A stretch of 64,000 nucleotides of DNA from the human T2T-CHM13v2.0 reference genome, Homo sapiens. The notes beneath the pieces are model-generated. The model searched no databases and was not told where the DNA came from. It worked only from the letters and a program-made list of their open reading frames with translations. Within the stretch, counting starts at the first letter, position 1. The number at the start of each line of letters is the position of its first letter. Of the stretch, positions 1 through 14,520 are shown one piece after another. The stretch is from the NCBI RefSeq assembly GCF_009914755.1, contig NC_060945.1; one strand, written 5' to 3'. The translations under genes were made by a program, and so were the position numbers.

Positions 1-1063
1 CAGGTAAACTTACAAATCAGGTGTGGCAACTTTCTCAGCCAATAAAAGGTGGATGGTAATCCAGGTGTGTCTAAACCAACACTTGGGTACTTGGAACAGC
101 TAGACCTGCACATAAACATTCTTTATACTTCTCGGTCTTCCAAGAAGACAGCAGTATGTTTACCTGTAGGCATAGTTATAAGTGGTTGCATAAGCATCAA
201 GAAATGAGCCGATCCCTTGTAATGTGAAAGGTGCACCTTGTACAGGCAATTCTGAAACTCTTAATAAGAGCTGCTGGGACCAAGGGATAAAATAAATTAT
301 CTGCCGAAGAATTCTGCAACGCTGTTGAAATGCCAAAGTGAAACGAGAGTAGGGGATTGAAAGATTGCTTTTACCTGGGAAGCCACATTCTTTGGGACAC
401 ATGTGATCCAAGTGATTGATTTAATTTTTCTACAACTTCAAAGCAAGCTCTACTGTGGTGAAATCAGGGAACAGATCATGCCAGAGGACAAAATAAGCTA
501 AAGTAATTAAATACACAAGGCTGTCCTTCTCCTTGGCACTGAAAACATATTGGAGTTCTTTAAGCCAGAAAAAATACTCATTGACACTTTTCTGATAATC
601 TTCACTTATAAAAACATTTTTTGCCAAAATAAAAATCACCAGATGATTATCTTATGTATCCAGCACTATAGCATTAAAATAAGCTTATGAGCTTATTTTG
701 TGGTGTTATTCTTGCTGCTTTGAATTCCTGGGCTGAAGGAACTAGAATTCTGAAGATGACACAAGACCCTTGGGCCTATACAAATGGCTGATATTTCAAA
801 ATAAGATATTTACAAGACAAGGGAACTATATTTACCAAACTGTATTATATTAGGTATTAACCAAATATGTTTTCCTACCTTTTAATATTATGTCTGCAGT
901 AGGACATAGAAACCCCTAAACGCAAGACAATTTGAACTTTCTTCTCAAAATAATGATGCTCTAACAGTAGTGCTATACTAAGCATAAATGTTTATCTGAG
1001 AAAATTCGACTAGCAATTTTCTTCTGGAGATCACCTTAAGCTCTCTGTCTGATCTTTCCAAAG

Positions 1064-2046
<983 letters not shown>

Positions 2047-3525
2047 GATTTTCCTTTTGTGCAATCCACAAAAGGAAAAATGACATATAAACAGAAGATA
2101 TTTTTCATCTTTAATTGTCAAACTGGGAAAAAGGAGTGATTGACAGAACTGAAAAATGAAAAAGAAATAATATAACTGGTTGAGATAATGACTACGTGAA
2201 GCTACATTTTAAGGGATGTCAAGGCATATATTGCTTCATTGAAATTTCTTTTCGAATTCCCGTGTGGCATGTTTCTTAGGAGCTCTGTTTAAATATTGCT
2301 GACTATCCACATCAACACAGGAACGCATGAGACAGAAGCAGAAAGCTCTGCCTCTGAGTGCCTCAGCCGTTGTGGGAGCTGCTTCCCAGGTACGCATTCA
2401 TATTTCTTGGCTTTGTGTATTACCAAACCTCTCTTCCCTTGAGGCTTGAATTTTACCAGGAACTTATTTTACATAAAAATATTTTCCTTATTTCAAAAAT
2501 ATTAGGTACTTTACTATTGAAATTGTTCTAGCCAAAAGATGAGGATCTGAGTGGGAAATTAACACTAGGTTCACATTAGAATTATTGTACAGTTAATTCC
2601 CTACTAGGAAGTGGCCCAGGGTTTCCAAATAGGTTCCTTATCAGACAATGATACAGTTAACTCCATAGTATTTATAAATAACCATGTCCTAAAAGACACT
2701 GGAATAAAAAGACAGAAAAAAATGGTAATATTGAGTTTGCTAAAGACAAAAGGGGCCTAAATTCAAAGATAAAAGGAAACTGTTATCTACTTTTCTGTCC
2801 TGCTGAATTGATTAACTTGGCTACAAAATTCAGATAGCAGTAATAGAGATATAACAGATTGATAACATTTTTACTCTAATTTAGAACTACAGAGCAAAAT
2901 ACATCGATTATTCAATAGTTTGTACTTCCATTTCCATGAAGAACCACAGTACTACCAAGAACCCAGGAGAGAAATGAGAGCTCATGTCAACCCCCTCTCC
3001 ACCCTCCCTCGGGCTTTTCTGTCTGTCAACATCATCATAAGGCATGATTTAAGTTTAGCAATTAAATTTGCTAAACTGCATTCAGCCCTGATAATAGCAT
3101 AACACAGGCAAATGCTTTTTCTTCCTAAATGATAACATACAAATCACTATCAGATTGTCTTATGCCCATTAATCCTTAACCTAATTCAACTCCACAGTCT
3201 TGGATTTCTATTAATTCTTATCACTGTTTGAAATAATTTTTGCTTCTGCCTATCAAGCAAAGGTCAATTTCTTTTGTTTTCTGGATTTGCTTTGTAGTTT
3301 TCTGTTGTGATGACAGTTTTTCAAGGGTGTTTATTTTTAACTATGTTCCACTGTTAATTAACCATACTTGGCCAACCATCTTGTCCTGAGAGAATAAGTG
3401 AACATATCAATAGGTCTCTGTGTTGTTCCGAAAATACTGTTGTGCATTGCTGTATGTTCTCTTGAACCATCATCTTGTTTGTTTTTCATGATGGCCAGCT
3501 ATGCTTCCAGTTCTCTATCCATTAG

Positions 3526-3864
<339 letters not shown>

Positions 3865-3945
3865 GCTCTTTTCACCACCTCTGTGTGATCTATTTTCAGT
3901 TGCTCTGCTTAAAAATGAACTCCTTACTGCATAGAAATTGCCTAG

Positions 3946-4320
3946 TATCTTAGCCAATTCAAGCTGCTTTAACAAAATACCACAGACCAAGTGGCTTGAA
4001 CAATGGAAATTTATTTCTCATTCTTCTGAAGTCCCAGATCAGGGTGCCAGTGTCACTGGGTTCCGGTGAGGACCCACTTCTCAGTTTATAGAAAGCTGTC
4101 TTTATGAGATGACTTCACATAGCAGGGAGAAAGTGTGAGCTCCAGTCTCATTCTCTTCTTATAAAGACACTAATACCGTCATGAAGATTTCACTTTCATG
4201 ACCTCCTCTACAACTCTCAAAGTTTCACTCTCAAAGACCTCACTTCCAAATCCCATCACATTGGGGGTTAACATTTCAACATATGAATTTAGTGGGTACA
4301 CAAATATCCGGTCTGTAACA
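3946..4320 (-). mobile_element. MLT1A0-like MaLR solo LTR
   Basis: tatcttag...aaatttatttctca...ttcaacatatgaattt...taaca; 5-bp TSD cctag/tctag. Confidence 0.85.
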
Positions 4321-4789
4321 TCTAGCTACTAACAAATTCAAGCAATAAAATTTGCATAATTCTGAAGGGTCTACTGGTGCTTAAGAACTTCACCCATATT
4401 ATATCACCCATATCAATATTTCATTTTTCCAAGATGAAAAAAGAATGGTGAACATGAATTAAAAAATCAATAATAGAAATAGTGTCATGGACATGTTTTT
4501 ACCTTTCTTTCGCTTTTCATTGCATTAAAAAAATTAAAACCTAAGTATAGGATGAATTCTGATATATTTTGAAAGACAGGTCTGTGTATTTCATGTGATA
4601 TATTTGATGTCTCTACTAAAGTACTGGAAATCCAGGGAGATAACTGAAAAAAGCAAAACTGTATACTGTGGAAATTTTCCTATAAATTAATGAGTAATTT
4701 ATATATGGAGAATTGATGATGTGAAATACCCTAATTCTAATGATTTCAGGAAAAATTTTAAAAAAGAAAGAATTTGCTGGTAATAGCAG

Positions 4790-5005
4790 CTACTGAGTAT
4801 TAAATGTTCTCTATACAATACATTCTTTTTATCACTCTACTTTATACTTAAAACATTTTTAGAAAGCAGGGGTCATTACTCTCCTTTTATAATTGAATAA
4901 ATTAAAACTCAAGAGAGACTGCCTTTTTTAAGGCCACACAGACTTTGCTGGTTGAATCTACAGAAATGGAATTCAGAAGCAGACCTAAAGCCCACATTCT
5001 TTTCT
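4790..5005 (-). mobile_element. MIR relic
   Basis: Degenerate MIR core (ccttttataattgaataaattaaaactcaaga...aaggccacaca). Confidence 0.55.
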
Positions 5006-6604
5006 GTATTGCCTACCATCTCCTTAAAGAGAACTAGGGAAACAGAATTTCTTACATTGGCATATATGGTCAGAGTTAATTAAGATATAAAATATGTTCA
5101 AAACATTTTTCGTCCTTGCTTAGCACATTGTTGTAAAAATTTTGCATGGCCAACCTTCGCAATTTTTAAAACATACCTGCTTCACTGAAATTTGAAATCT
5201 ACCTCTTTAGATACTCTATTCAAAGGAGTTTCTACTGGGGAAATATTGGCAATTTCAATAAAATTATTCCTTGTTTAGAATTTGAGAGAGTTCCCTGTGC
5301 TGAAGGTACCAGTGGCACCCCTTTTTCCTTCACTTCCCATGCTTGTCCCCATCTTCGTGATTCCTTAATTACAGACTAGGTCGTGATACTGAATGACCTA
5401 ACCACCACTGAACAAGTATTTGGCTAAAGTAAGCATTAAACTATTTCAATGCAATGAAAGTGAACAGTTACATGTGTCTGTGCCCTCAGCTAATTATAAT
5501 ACAGAGAAACTTTCCTTTGTATTTTATAGGGACTTCTTAGTGACCAACAGAGGAATGATTCTATGGTTACCTTCATTAGTCCATTAAAATTGCTTTTTCA
5601 GGTGACTCACTAACAACTTTTCTTTTTACCTTTTCCAAACGCTAAAATTAAAAAAAAAAAAACATTTTTAAGTTGTATAAAACTGTTTTCCACATGGTTA
5701 TTTTTGGAATTGCTTGAAAAACAAATTTTTTAAAAAAATCCCTTAATCTCCCATAATAATCCTTTCTACTGAAATGTAAAGCATATGAAGCATTGAATGA
5801 GGAGAACAAACGGTCCATGACAAAAGTTTCTGGCCAGGCAGAGACTGTAATTAGTACTAAAAATGATAACATCAGATAATGAACAGGACCAAAACAGAGC
5901 ACTTTTCATAATTTTATTTTGAATCCACAGCAATTCACAAGTTTAAGTCATGTTAATTATAAAAAGGAAGAGAAGAGAAAAGGCACATAGGATAATAGAT
6001 AATATATTTAATATGACTATGCTTAAAATAATATATTTTAATAAATATTACTTAATCCTAGTCATAAGAACTACTTAATAATTACTAAGTTATATGAACA
6101 ATTAAGATTAAGTGATATCATATTAGTTAACCATATGATTTCAGCCTCCCAACGCCCTTATTAGAAAAGCCCTTTATTATGTCAGTTTTACTAGGAAACT
6201 GGAATTTACAAAGTTTAAATAACTGACCCAAATCCTCACAACAAACTGGTAAAAAAAGCCAATATGGGAACTCTATTCTGTCAAACACCTGAGGCTACAC
6301 TCTTGACCCACTATGTGCTACAAGTCATTATAGACCTACCTGTAAACCTAATTGAAAGCTTGTGTCAATGTGTAGTTTTATCTCTTATAAAGCATATAAG
6401 TTTTGGTAGATCAGAAGGAGTTCTCTGAAACAATGTCCTTCACATTGTGAATTTTCAATAGGATTTTGAGCATTATAAGGAGAAATGAAGTGTTTCCATT
6501 TTCTGCAGCAACATGCATTGTTTAATATGAGAAATCATAAGATATGAGGGAAATCATAAGATATAAGGGAAAAGTCCACACAAATGGAAAACACATACAA
6601 GGGT

Positions 6605-6633
6605 GCACACACACACACATACACACACACACA
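6605..6633. repeat. (CA)n microsatellite
   Basis: Directly visible. Confidence 0.9.
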
Positions 6634-9600
6634 AAATGTCCTTATAAGCAAACAATGAATATAGGAGCACAAGAAACAATTTCCCTTGTAAAGTTGAAGT
6701 TAACAGGACAGGGAACAGGACAGGGAAAAGTAATTAACTGGGCAAATAGAGCTAAGCCACATTACTGATTAATTTGCAAAACAATTAACTTTCCACTTAA
6801 AATTCAAATTAAGATTCTGTCTGCCTTAGGCAACCAGTGTTTGCAAATTTTAATAGGGCTAGACATTAAGTGCCTTACTTAAAACCAACTTTACATGGCA
6901 CTGGGTGAGAATATTATTGGAACAAGCAGCTCATGGCATTCTTGGGTTTCAGTTATTTTTTTAAGAGAAAATATTACAATCTATAATAATATGCTGGATG
7001 CACTAAAATTTTTTCAATGAGAATATGAGTAAAACTAAAAGTTATTCAACTCCTCATCTCAAATATTTATAGAGATTTTGTACTTTCTGTAAAATTTTCA
7101 AGACGATGTCTCATAAAACATCTTCTGAACACTTATTTTCCAACCGTTCAACAAGTATACTATGTACCAGGCCCTGTGATAGACTCTGGAAACCAAGAAA
7201 TATGAGGCATAGTTTCTTTTCTTTGTAATTTTACATCCACAAAACTGAGGGGCTAGTGGAAGAAAGAACTGCTGAGTCAATTAACTCTGTCATTGGTTAA
7301 ACTTGTTAACCAACTATTCTTTTCAACTTGAAAAAGCATACAAGTAGCCACACAGACAGGTGAGAACAGCCACCCTTCACTCCATTGAAAAAAAAGCAGC
7401 TTCCAGGGTTTTGATGTTTTCTAAACAAGATCAAACAATCAATGAAAAGCAATGCCAGGAGTCTATAAACATTCAGCAGAGGTAAGCTGGCTGTCTCACA
7501 TTTTCACACACCTTTCTGGTTCATGCAGCTCCTATTTCTTGTTCTTATCTTTCTTTTTCTCTGACCTACGTTCCAGATATCTTTAGAGTTGCTGCTATGG
7601 GGAGCTGTATGTGATTATCTGACTGGCTTCTGGGCATCTTTTTCATAGTTTTAACTGGACTTTTGATGTCTCACACTGGACAACAACATTCTATTTCATT
7701 CTTATGTCACCAAACTGGTTGGTCCCAGCCCACATGGCCTCCTTCCTGGTCACGAGCTTGGAACAGGGAAACACAAGTTACTTTTGTACATGGCAACAGG
7801 AGAGAATATTAGACTCAAAACAGATCTAAAAGAACATCTGATGTGCACTTCATTCTGTACATGAGGGGCTCAAAAGCTCCAGGAAGTCAGGAACCACCTC
7901 TGTTCTATTCATCTTCGTGTCAAAGTAAAGTACTTGTGTAGTGCCTGGCACATAGAGAGCACTCAGTATTTATCTAATACCACGCAAATCACGCTGAAAT
8001 CTCTGTGCCCAGTTCTTGATATTTGCTTGGTAACTCGGAAACTATGACACCGTAGACAAGTAAACTGCCTATTGCTTATTTATGTATTTGTCTTTTTAAA
8101 AATCTCCTAAAATAGAATATAAATATCATGAGCCACATGATTTTGTCTTGCTCATAAATGTATTTCCAACTACTAAAACATCACCTGGTTCATAGTAAGA
8201 GCTCAGGAAATATTCCATAAATAAAAGAAGAATGTTAGTTAAGAAAAATAACCTATGTACCCAGTATTGTAAAAAAAAAAAAAAAAACTCTCCTATATAT
8301 AAGTTATATAATATTTTCAGTTTATTTTTTCAGGTCGATGCTTAAGCAGAGAAGAGCCTAAAATAAAACTCACCTTTGGCTGTATCAGCCCATCACTATG
8401 CCTCTGAATATGCCTTCTTAAGAGGTAAACTTATGTCCCAGTGGGTTCATGAATTTTACTTCAGCTTTCTTTAAGTTTCCTAAGTATGCCCTGTGAACTG
8501 ACCTTCATTTTCTCATTTATTCTATCTCATTTCTCTCTTCTCAGTATGCAAATCCCATTTTTCCAATGCTTGCTATTATTAATCCAATATCCTTCCAATT
8601 ACCATGGCAAATATTGATGGACTAAGAGCCTAGGCTACCATTTTTGTTTAATATATAATTTTACTATACCAAGGAATCATTAATTATAATTATTTTTCTC
8701 TAAGTATATTAACACAAATACAGACAAATACAATATAGAATAATACATAACTAATAAAAATTAATACACATATACTTTTAAATTTTAGAAAGAACTTACA
8801 TGTATATTTTATGCAAATAACTTATATGTATGTTTTATGCACTTTCTCATTGAAGTAAGATTTATTTTGCTGTTACTTTTTAGGAGATGTTTGATATCCT
8901 AGGGAATTTTAGTGTTTTTTTGACCATCGCTAAATTGGAATTCTTATTAGTTAATGATGTTGCTAGGAATGGAATTTCATTTGGAAGAAGCATTAAGCTA
9001 CTTAAATAGCAATCTCAACTGTATCAGCCTACCTTTCTCAATTTGCCTTGTGATTTAATGTAAACTCGGAAAAGGGAGAGAACTTCGACTACAAGTAAGT
9101 GAATGGTAAGTTCATCAGCTAGCCATTATTGGTGGCTTCTTTGGCTTCCAAAGAAGAAGTTAACTTAAGTATAAACCTTGAATCTGTGACTTAATGTGGA
9201 AATAATTAGAAATTTGCATGGATTACCATTGTTCCTGTGTTTCCCTTACTTTTCAATCAAATATTGTTTCAAATTTCATGCTAGCTTGAATAACTATTTT
9301 TATAATAAGCAAAACAGAAAAAGCTAACTTAAATATATGTTTATTATATCAAATTTTTGATAATAGCTATCCCCTGGATAGTAACCCAGATGTGTCTATG
9401 TGTTTGTGAAAAGAAGCCTATGGGGTATGATGTCATGAAAAATCGCTTTCAGATTTTGCTGCGTATTCTGCTATGTTGGTAGAATTCAGTACATGAGACT
9501 ATGTTCACATAGTACAAAAATAAATAACATATAGTACAATTTTGCATATAACATCTATCTAAATTCAAATATAGTTCTTATCATTCACACTTGAGATCCA

Positions 9601-10237
9601 GATTCCATTTAAATAATATTTATTAATCTTCTATCACATGCAGGAAATGTTACATATATTACTGTAACTAAATTAGGTTACTCTTCAACTTGGCAATGAA
9701 AAATCCCCTTTGGCATAGACTTTGCTATTAAAAAAGAAGTTGGTGCAAGTTTTACAAAAGAAGGGAAATTTTTCCTGGGGCCATTCATAGTTGACACTCA
9801 GAAATTATAGTGGAGGAACACCTAGAATAGAACAGATTAGAAGAACAAGCAGCTGCATTTCCATACCTCCAAGCTCTATTCTCACAGTCTGTAATCTAAC
9901 TACATTGAACTTCACTCATCTACATGTTTGTTATTTCTACAGCCACACTTTACCATCTTGACTCTAGGGTTGAAATCCCAACTACTATGAGCCTTTTCTT
10001 TCAGACACTGGTCATTTTAGAAAATGTAAAATCAATTAACCAAGTTCAATTCTGAAAATCTCTCGAGTGCATTTTCCATGTAGAGAGAGAGTTCTCTGGC
10101 ATAAATAGGTTCAGTAATTAACAGCTTGACTCAAATGTCATTTTGAAGGATTCATTAATTCACCTCTTCTTTAATTCATCATATGTTGATTACTTAGTAA
10201 CTACAGGGCAGGCTCTGTTCAAAGTACTGGAGACCAG

Positions 10238-10357
10238 GGCCGGGCGCTGGCTCACACCTGTAGTCCCAGCACTTTAGGAGGCCGAGGTGGGCGGATCACT
10301 GAGGTCAGGAGTTCAAGTTGAGACCAGCCTGGCCAACATGGTGAAACACTGTCTCTA

Positions 10358-10400
<43 letters not shown>

Positions 10401-10562
10401 AGCCGGGTGTGGAGGTGTGTGCCTGTAGTCCCAGCTACTCAGGATGCTGAGGCAGAAGAATCTCTTGAACCTGGGAGATGGAGGTTGCAGTGAGTCCAGA
10501 TTGCACTACTGCACTCCAGCCTGGGCGACAGAGTGAGACTCCATCTCAAAAAATAAAAAAAA
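10238..10562 (+). mobile_element. AluS with expanded A39 middle linker, inserted in an L2-like relic
   Basis: Dimeric Alu; TSD aa(a/t)gtactggagacca at 10221-10236 and 10561-10576. Confidence 0.93.
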
Positions 10563-12380
10563 TGTACTGGAGACCAAACCACGAAGAAGGCACAGTTCCT
10601 CCCTCAAGGAGCTTGCAGGCTAATCAGGGGAGAACAGTTGCTTCAGGCCTGACTGCCATTTAGAACCAGCCTTTCAGTTGAGCATAAAAATCACAAGATT
10701 TGTGACAAGCTGTTCCAAACACAAATGCCTGCAGGGACTAGGGAGGAAAGAGAAAAACGTAAAGCAGGACAGGTAAAAATTGTGTTTGTTCCTCTAAATG
10801 AAGCAAAAGCTACACAAATGCAGTTGATTTTGGCCTCATGGGAGTGGACTCTAGTGTTACTGGATCTTTCCATTCTTAACAAGTCAGAAATCTGTATTTT
10901 TTTAAACCCTTCTTTGTTTAATGTTGCCACTAGTATGGGGTTTGAACAAAACATGTGGGACAAATTTGGCTCAAGGTTGGCCAGTTTCCATGTGTCAAAA
11001 ACCAGTGACCTCTAGATATCAATTGCCATCAGGAAAGCTCCTTATTTGAATGGGCACTGAACCCAGCCATGTTTCAGATCCTCAGTCAACAACAGGAGAG
11101 CAGAACCTGCTGCTTCCATGGAATGTTATAAGAATTAATGGCCCTGTGAAGGACTTAGATCTCCTTGGATAAAGGAACTGTGCAAGTAAACATTGTAATC
11201 AGTAATATTATGTTGTACTGGTTGACCCAAACCATGGCAGGTCAGTTCTGCATGTTACATACAGTGGTGGAGAAATCAGTTAGAGCTATTCACTATCAAC
11301 TTCTAGAACTTTCCTAAACACCTGTAATTTATCTGTAAATTACCTAGAAGAGTTTGTAAGTCTCTTCAGAAAAATGCAAATCTGATTTCTAAAACCGTCT
11401 TAATTTTAAAAGGTAATCTTAATTATTTACCAACTACTCATAAAATTTTTGTGCGGACTTGAAGTGCAGTTAAGTATGAGAAAAGGAGATTAGCTGGTAC
11501 ATGCACACGTTCTGTAACAGAACACAGCCTGTCTGCTGGAGAGATGACAGTGAATGAGTCCCCCATCCTGATTTTCCCACAGCTTAATAACCTCCAAAAC
11601 AAGGAAGTGGACATAGCGAAACTGGTCTCCATAGATTCACTTTTCCCATAACAGAGATTCTATTTTAATAAGGCTGTTAGTCAGACAAAACCCCTATTGA
11701 CCTGTGGCAGCACATTGCATGCTTTCTCTTGTTTCCCCGGTTTTACCAGTGCTTAGGAAGCAAGCCAATATCAAGTGTGGGTCAGGCTAGTAGCTGGAGA
11801 TATGCCCTGTGACTCATCTTTATCTTCAGTGTGCTTCTTTGAATATTGCACAACTGCCCATGACAGAGACACATTTTAAAGGGATCCAGACTACTCAGGC
11901 TTGAACAGAAAAGAAAACCTAGCATATGTTGAATGAATAATACAATCCAAACCAGTGATTTTTTAAAAGTCTCCTCTCAAATATTATGTATCAGGGATGT
12001 AAATTAATCAAGACTGCCTTTCCCCCATTAAAGGTCTGTGAACAAGTTGGGGATAAATCTGAATAACTACATATGTAGTTACAACAGATTTCTGGGATCT
12101 CTGCCCTGATTGGAAACAGTTTTGTCTATGTCCCATGTTATAATATAAATGTAAATAGAAGATGTTGGCCCTTGAGTCAAACATAGGATTCTTGAGCATT
12201 TCAATTACAAGCACTTTGCAGCATTGCTCCCTTGTATATACCAACTTGAGAAATAATGGCTCTGCCCCAAGTTTAAAAAATATCAAGCCCTGGGAAGAAA
12301 TTTGCCCTATAAGAACATATATATGGCTACTTTCACCTTATGATAACAGGATGATGTCAATCACCTATTAAAAATAAGTA

Positions 12381-12685
12381 GGGTGGACGCAACGGCTCCC
12401 ACCCATAATCCCAGCACTTTGGGAGGCCAAAGCAGGAGAATTGCTTGGGCCCAAGAGTCTGAGACCAGCCTGGGCAACATGGCGCAACCCTGTCTCCACA
12501 AAAGATAGAAAACTTAGTGGGGCATGGGGATGTGCACCTATAGTCCCAGCTACTCAGGAGGCTGAAATGGGTGGATCGCATGAGCCTGGGAAGTCAATGC
12601 TGTAGTGAGCTATGGTTGCACCACTGCACTCCAGCCTGGATGACAAAGCAAGACCCTGTCTCTAAAAAAAATAAAAAAGTAAATA
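12381..12685 (+). mobile_element. AluJ
   Basis: Diverged dimer with AluJ-type aagaccctgtctc end; TSD aaataagta. Confidence 0.9.
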
Positions 12686-12706
12686 AGTAAATAAACTCAG
12701 CTAGAT

Positions 12707-12737
<31 letters not shown>

Positions 12738-13237
12738 CCCAAACCTCATAAGCTCTTTTGCTGGAATTTGTCACGTAGCTGGAGATACAAAGTACCCAGT
12801 CTTGGAAAAGATTTAAGAACTATGTTTAAGCTTGCCATCAATGTACAAACATTAAAATAATTAGAAATTCACATGGCAAATTTGAAACTAAACTAATAAA
12901 AAGAAATTTCTGGTATTTTCTGCCACAATTAAATTTTAAAATATGGTAAGATTGATATACATAATACTCTCGCTTAGGATCTGGTCTATTCCAAATAGAA
13001 TTGTTCTCACAATAGCAATGTATTTTATAGTGACCATACAGTCATGATGATCATCAAAGGGACAATAAGAATACACAGATAAAAAGAGTACAATGGGATT
13101 AAACAGATTGTGTTTCATAGATTCATTTCTGACTTTCTTGCTAGTAATGGAAAAGTAATGCAGACTTACTTCATTTCCAAAACAGAGACTTAGTTATTTG
13201 GTTACAAGCTCATTAAAATACCAGATTTATTATCATG

Positions 13238-13322
13238 ATTAATATATATATATATGTATATATATAGTATATATATAATTATATATAATATGTATCAAAT
13301 ATGTAATTATATATACATATAG
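13238..13322. repeat. (TA)n-rich low-complexity repeat
   Basis: Directly visible. Confidence 0.85.
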
Positions 13323-13909
13323 AGGATATTATTAAAGTGATTGACAGTTAATATTTGAATTATGTCTCTATGTAAAATTGAGGTTTGAATAACACCTTGA
13401 TTTGTATCCAGTAATTTGAGTTGTAGAATTTATTCATCTAAGCTCTAGAGAAAAGGCTGCCATCTACTGAAAAATTAGGGTGTCTTCTTGGAGTCCAAGG
13501 ATAGTCCCGAGAAAACTCTACTACCATTGTGGCCATTACTTTTTCTAAAAGCTACAAAATGAAAAATGAGGTACCATGATTATTCCCCCGGCATTTAAAC
13601 AAATAAGGAGAGGGATGTATGTGAGACGGAGGGGCAAACACGTTTGGTGTATGGAGGGTTCACCGTAAAGTGAAGGGGTGAGGGTTGGGGAATCACTCAA
13701 TAACAGTACTTAGAATTACCAAGACCTGAAATCTGGGAAAAAATTGGTTGGTGGACTAAAATATAAACAAGATGAAAACATTGAGATAAATGGGGGGAAA
13801 ATTAGAAGCTCTGAAAACAGAAACCACAGAAATATAGATGGGAGAGAGAAAGTGAGATAGAAATAGAGGCTAAAAATAGGGAGGCATTAGTAGTTCTGAA
13901 GAATGGAGG

Positions 13910-14410
13910 TATACAGTTTATCTGACACCTTCCAGCCCTGTCTAGCATGTCCTTCTGTACTGCAGAGACTCATGAGTGACATATTTCACACAATGCCTTT
14001 CAGGTTATTCTGGATACTATTTTGACTTCAAATATTAGTTACATTTGCAAGAAATTTGTTTTGACCCTGAGTTACATAGAAAGAGAGGATGGTTTCAGCA
14101 CGTTCATTTCGTTGACCTGGATGGTGACAGAGGAGCCATGTTCCTGGAGCCAGCAGCTTTGTTAATGGTTCTCTGACATGGAAAGAAGCTTCCAGATACT
14201 TCAACGTTTACATCATGGTAGAAGCAGTACCTTCTGGGTTGTCCAGTATTGCTTGTGGTTTTGGGGATTATTCCTGAAGGCTGAGGCTAGTCTATTTGTT
14301 CACTTTCCCCAATAATTCTATGAACTGTATATTTGTTTGGAAATACTTTTCTGTGGACACTAACTAGAATGGATTCATAGGTCTCAGTAAAAAAAGTTGA
14401 CTGGTACAGA
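13910..14410 (+). mobile_element. Old ERVL-type LTR (LTR33-like, tentative)
   Basis: Resembles LTR33-family body and 3' end (…gactggtaca); highly diverged. Confidence 0.4.
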
Positions 14411-14520
14411 AGGAAATACACTATGAACTGTATATTTGTTTGGAAATACTTTTCTGTGGACACTAACTAGAGTGGATTCATAGGTCTCAGTAAAAAATGT
14501 TGACTAGTACAGAAGGAAAT
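14318..14520. repeat. Tandem duplication, 2 x 100 bp
   Basis: 14318-14417 and 14421-14520 differ at 3 positions; 3-nt spacer aca. Confidence 0.95.

Noticed and set aside
160-639. Two adjacent minus-strand ORFs (69 and 83 aa), one ending at a CAG|GTAAAC donor
   Set aside because: No recognisable homology, non-ATG starts and no convincing acceptor. The faint hAT-dimerisation resemblance (DLFPDFTT..LALKL) does not continue.
3300-3395. C/D snoRNA-like GTGATGA...CTGA spacing
   Set aside because: Weak terminal stem, no C'/D' boxes and no recognisable rRNA guide.
5590-5610. Second AG|GT motif (tttttcag|gtgact)
   Set aside because: The reconstituted donor is weaker; such motifs are expected by chance.
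12710-12737. Orphan poly(A) after AluJ as a possible 3' transduction
   Set aside because: The Alu TSD closes before it, and no second TSD is visible.
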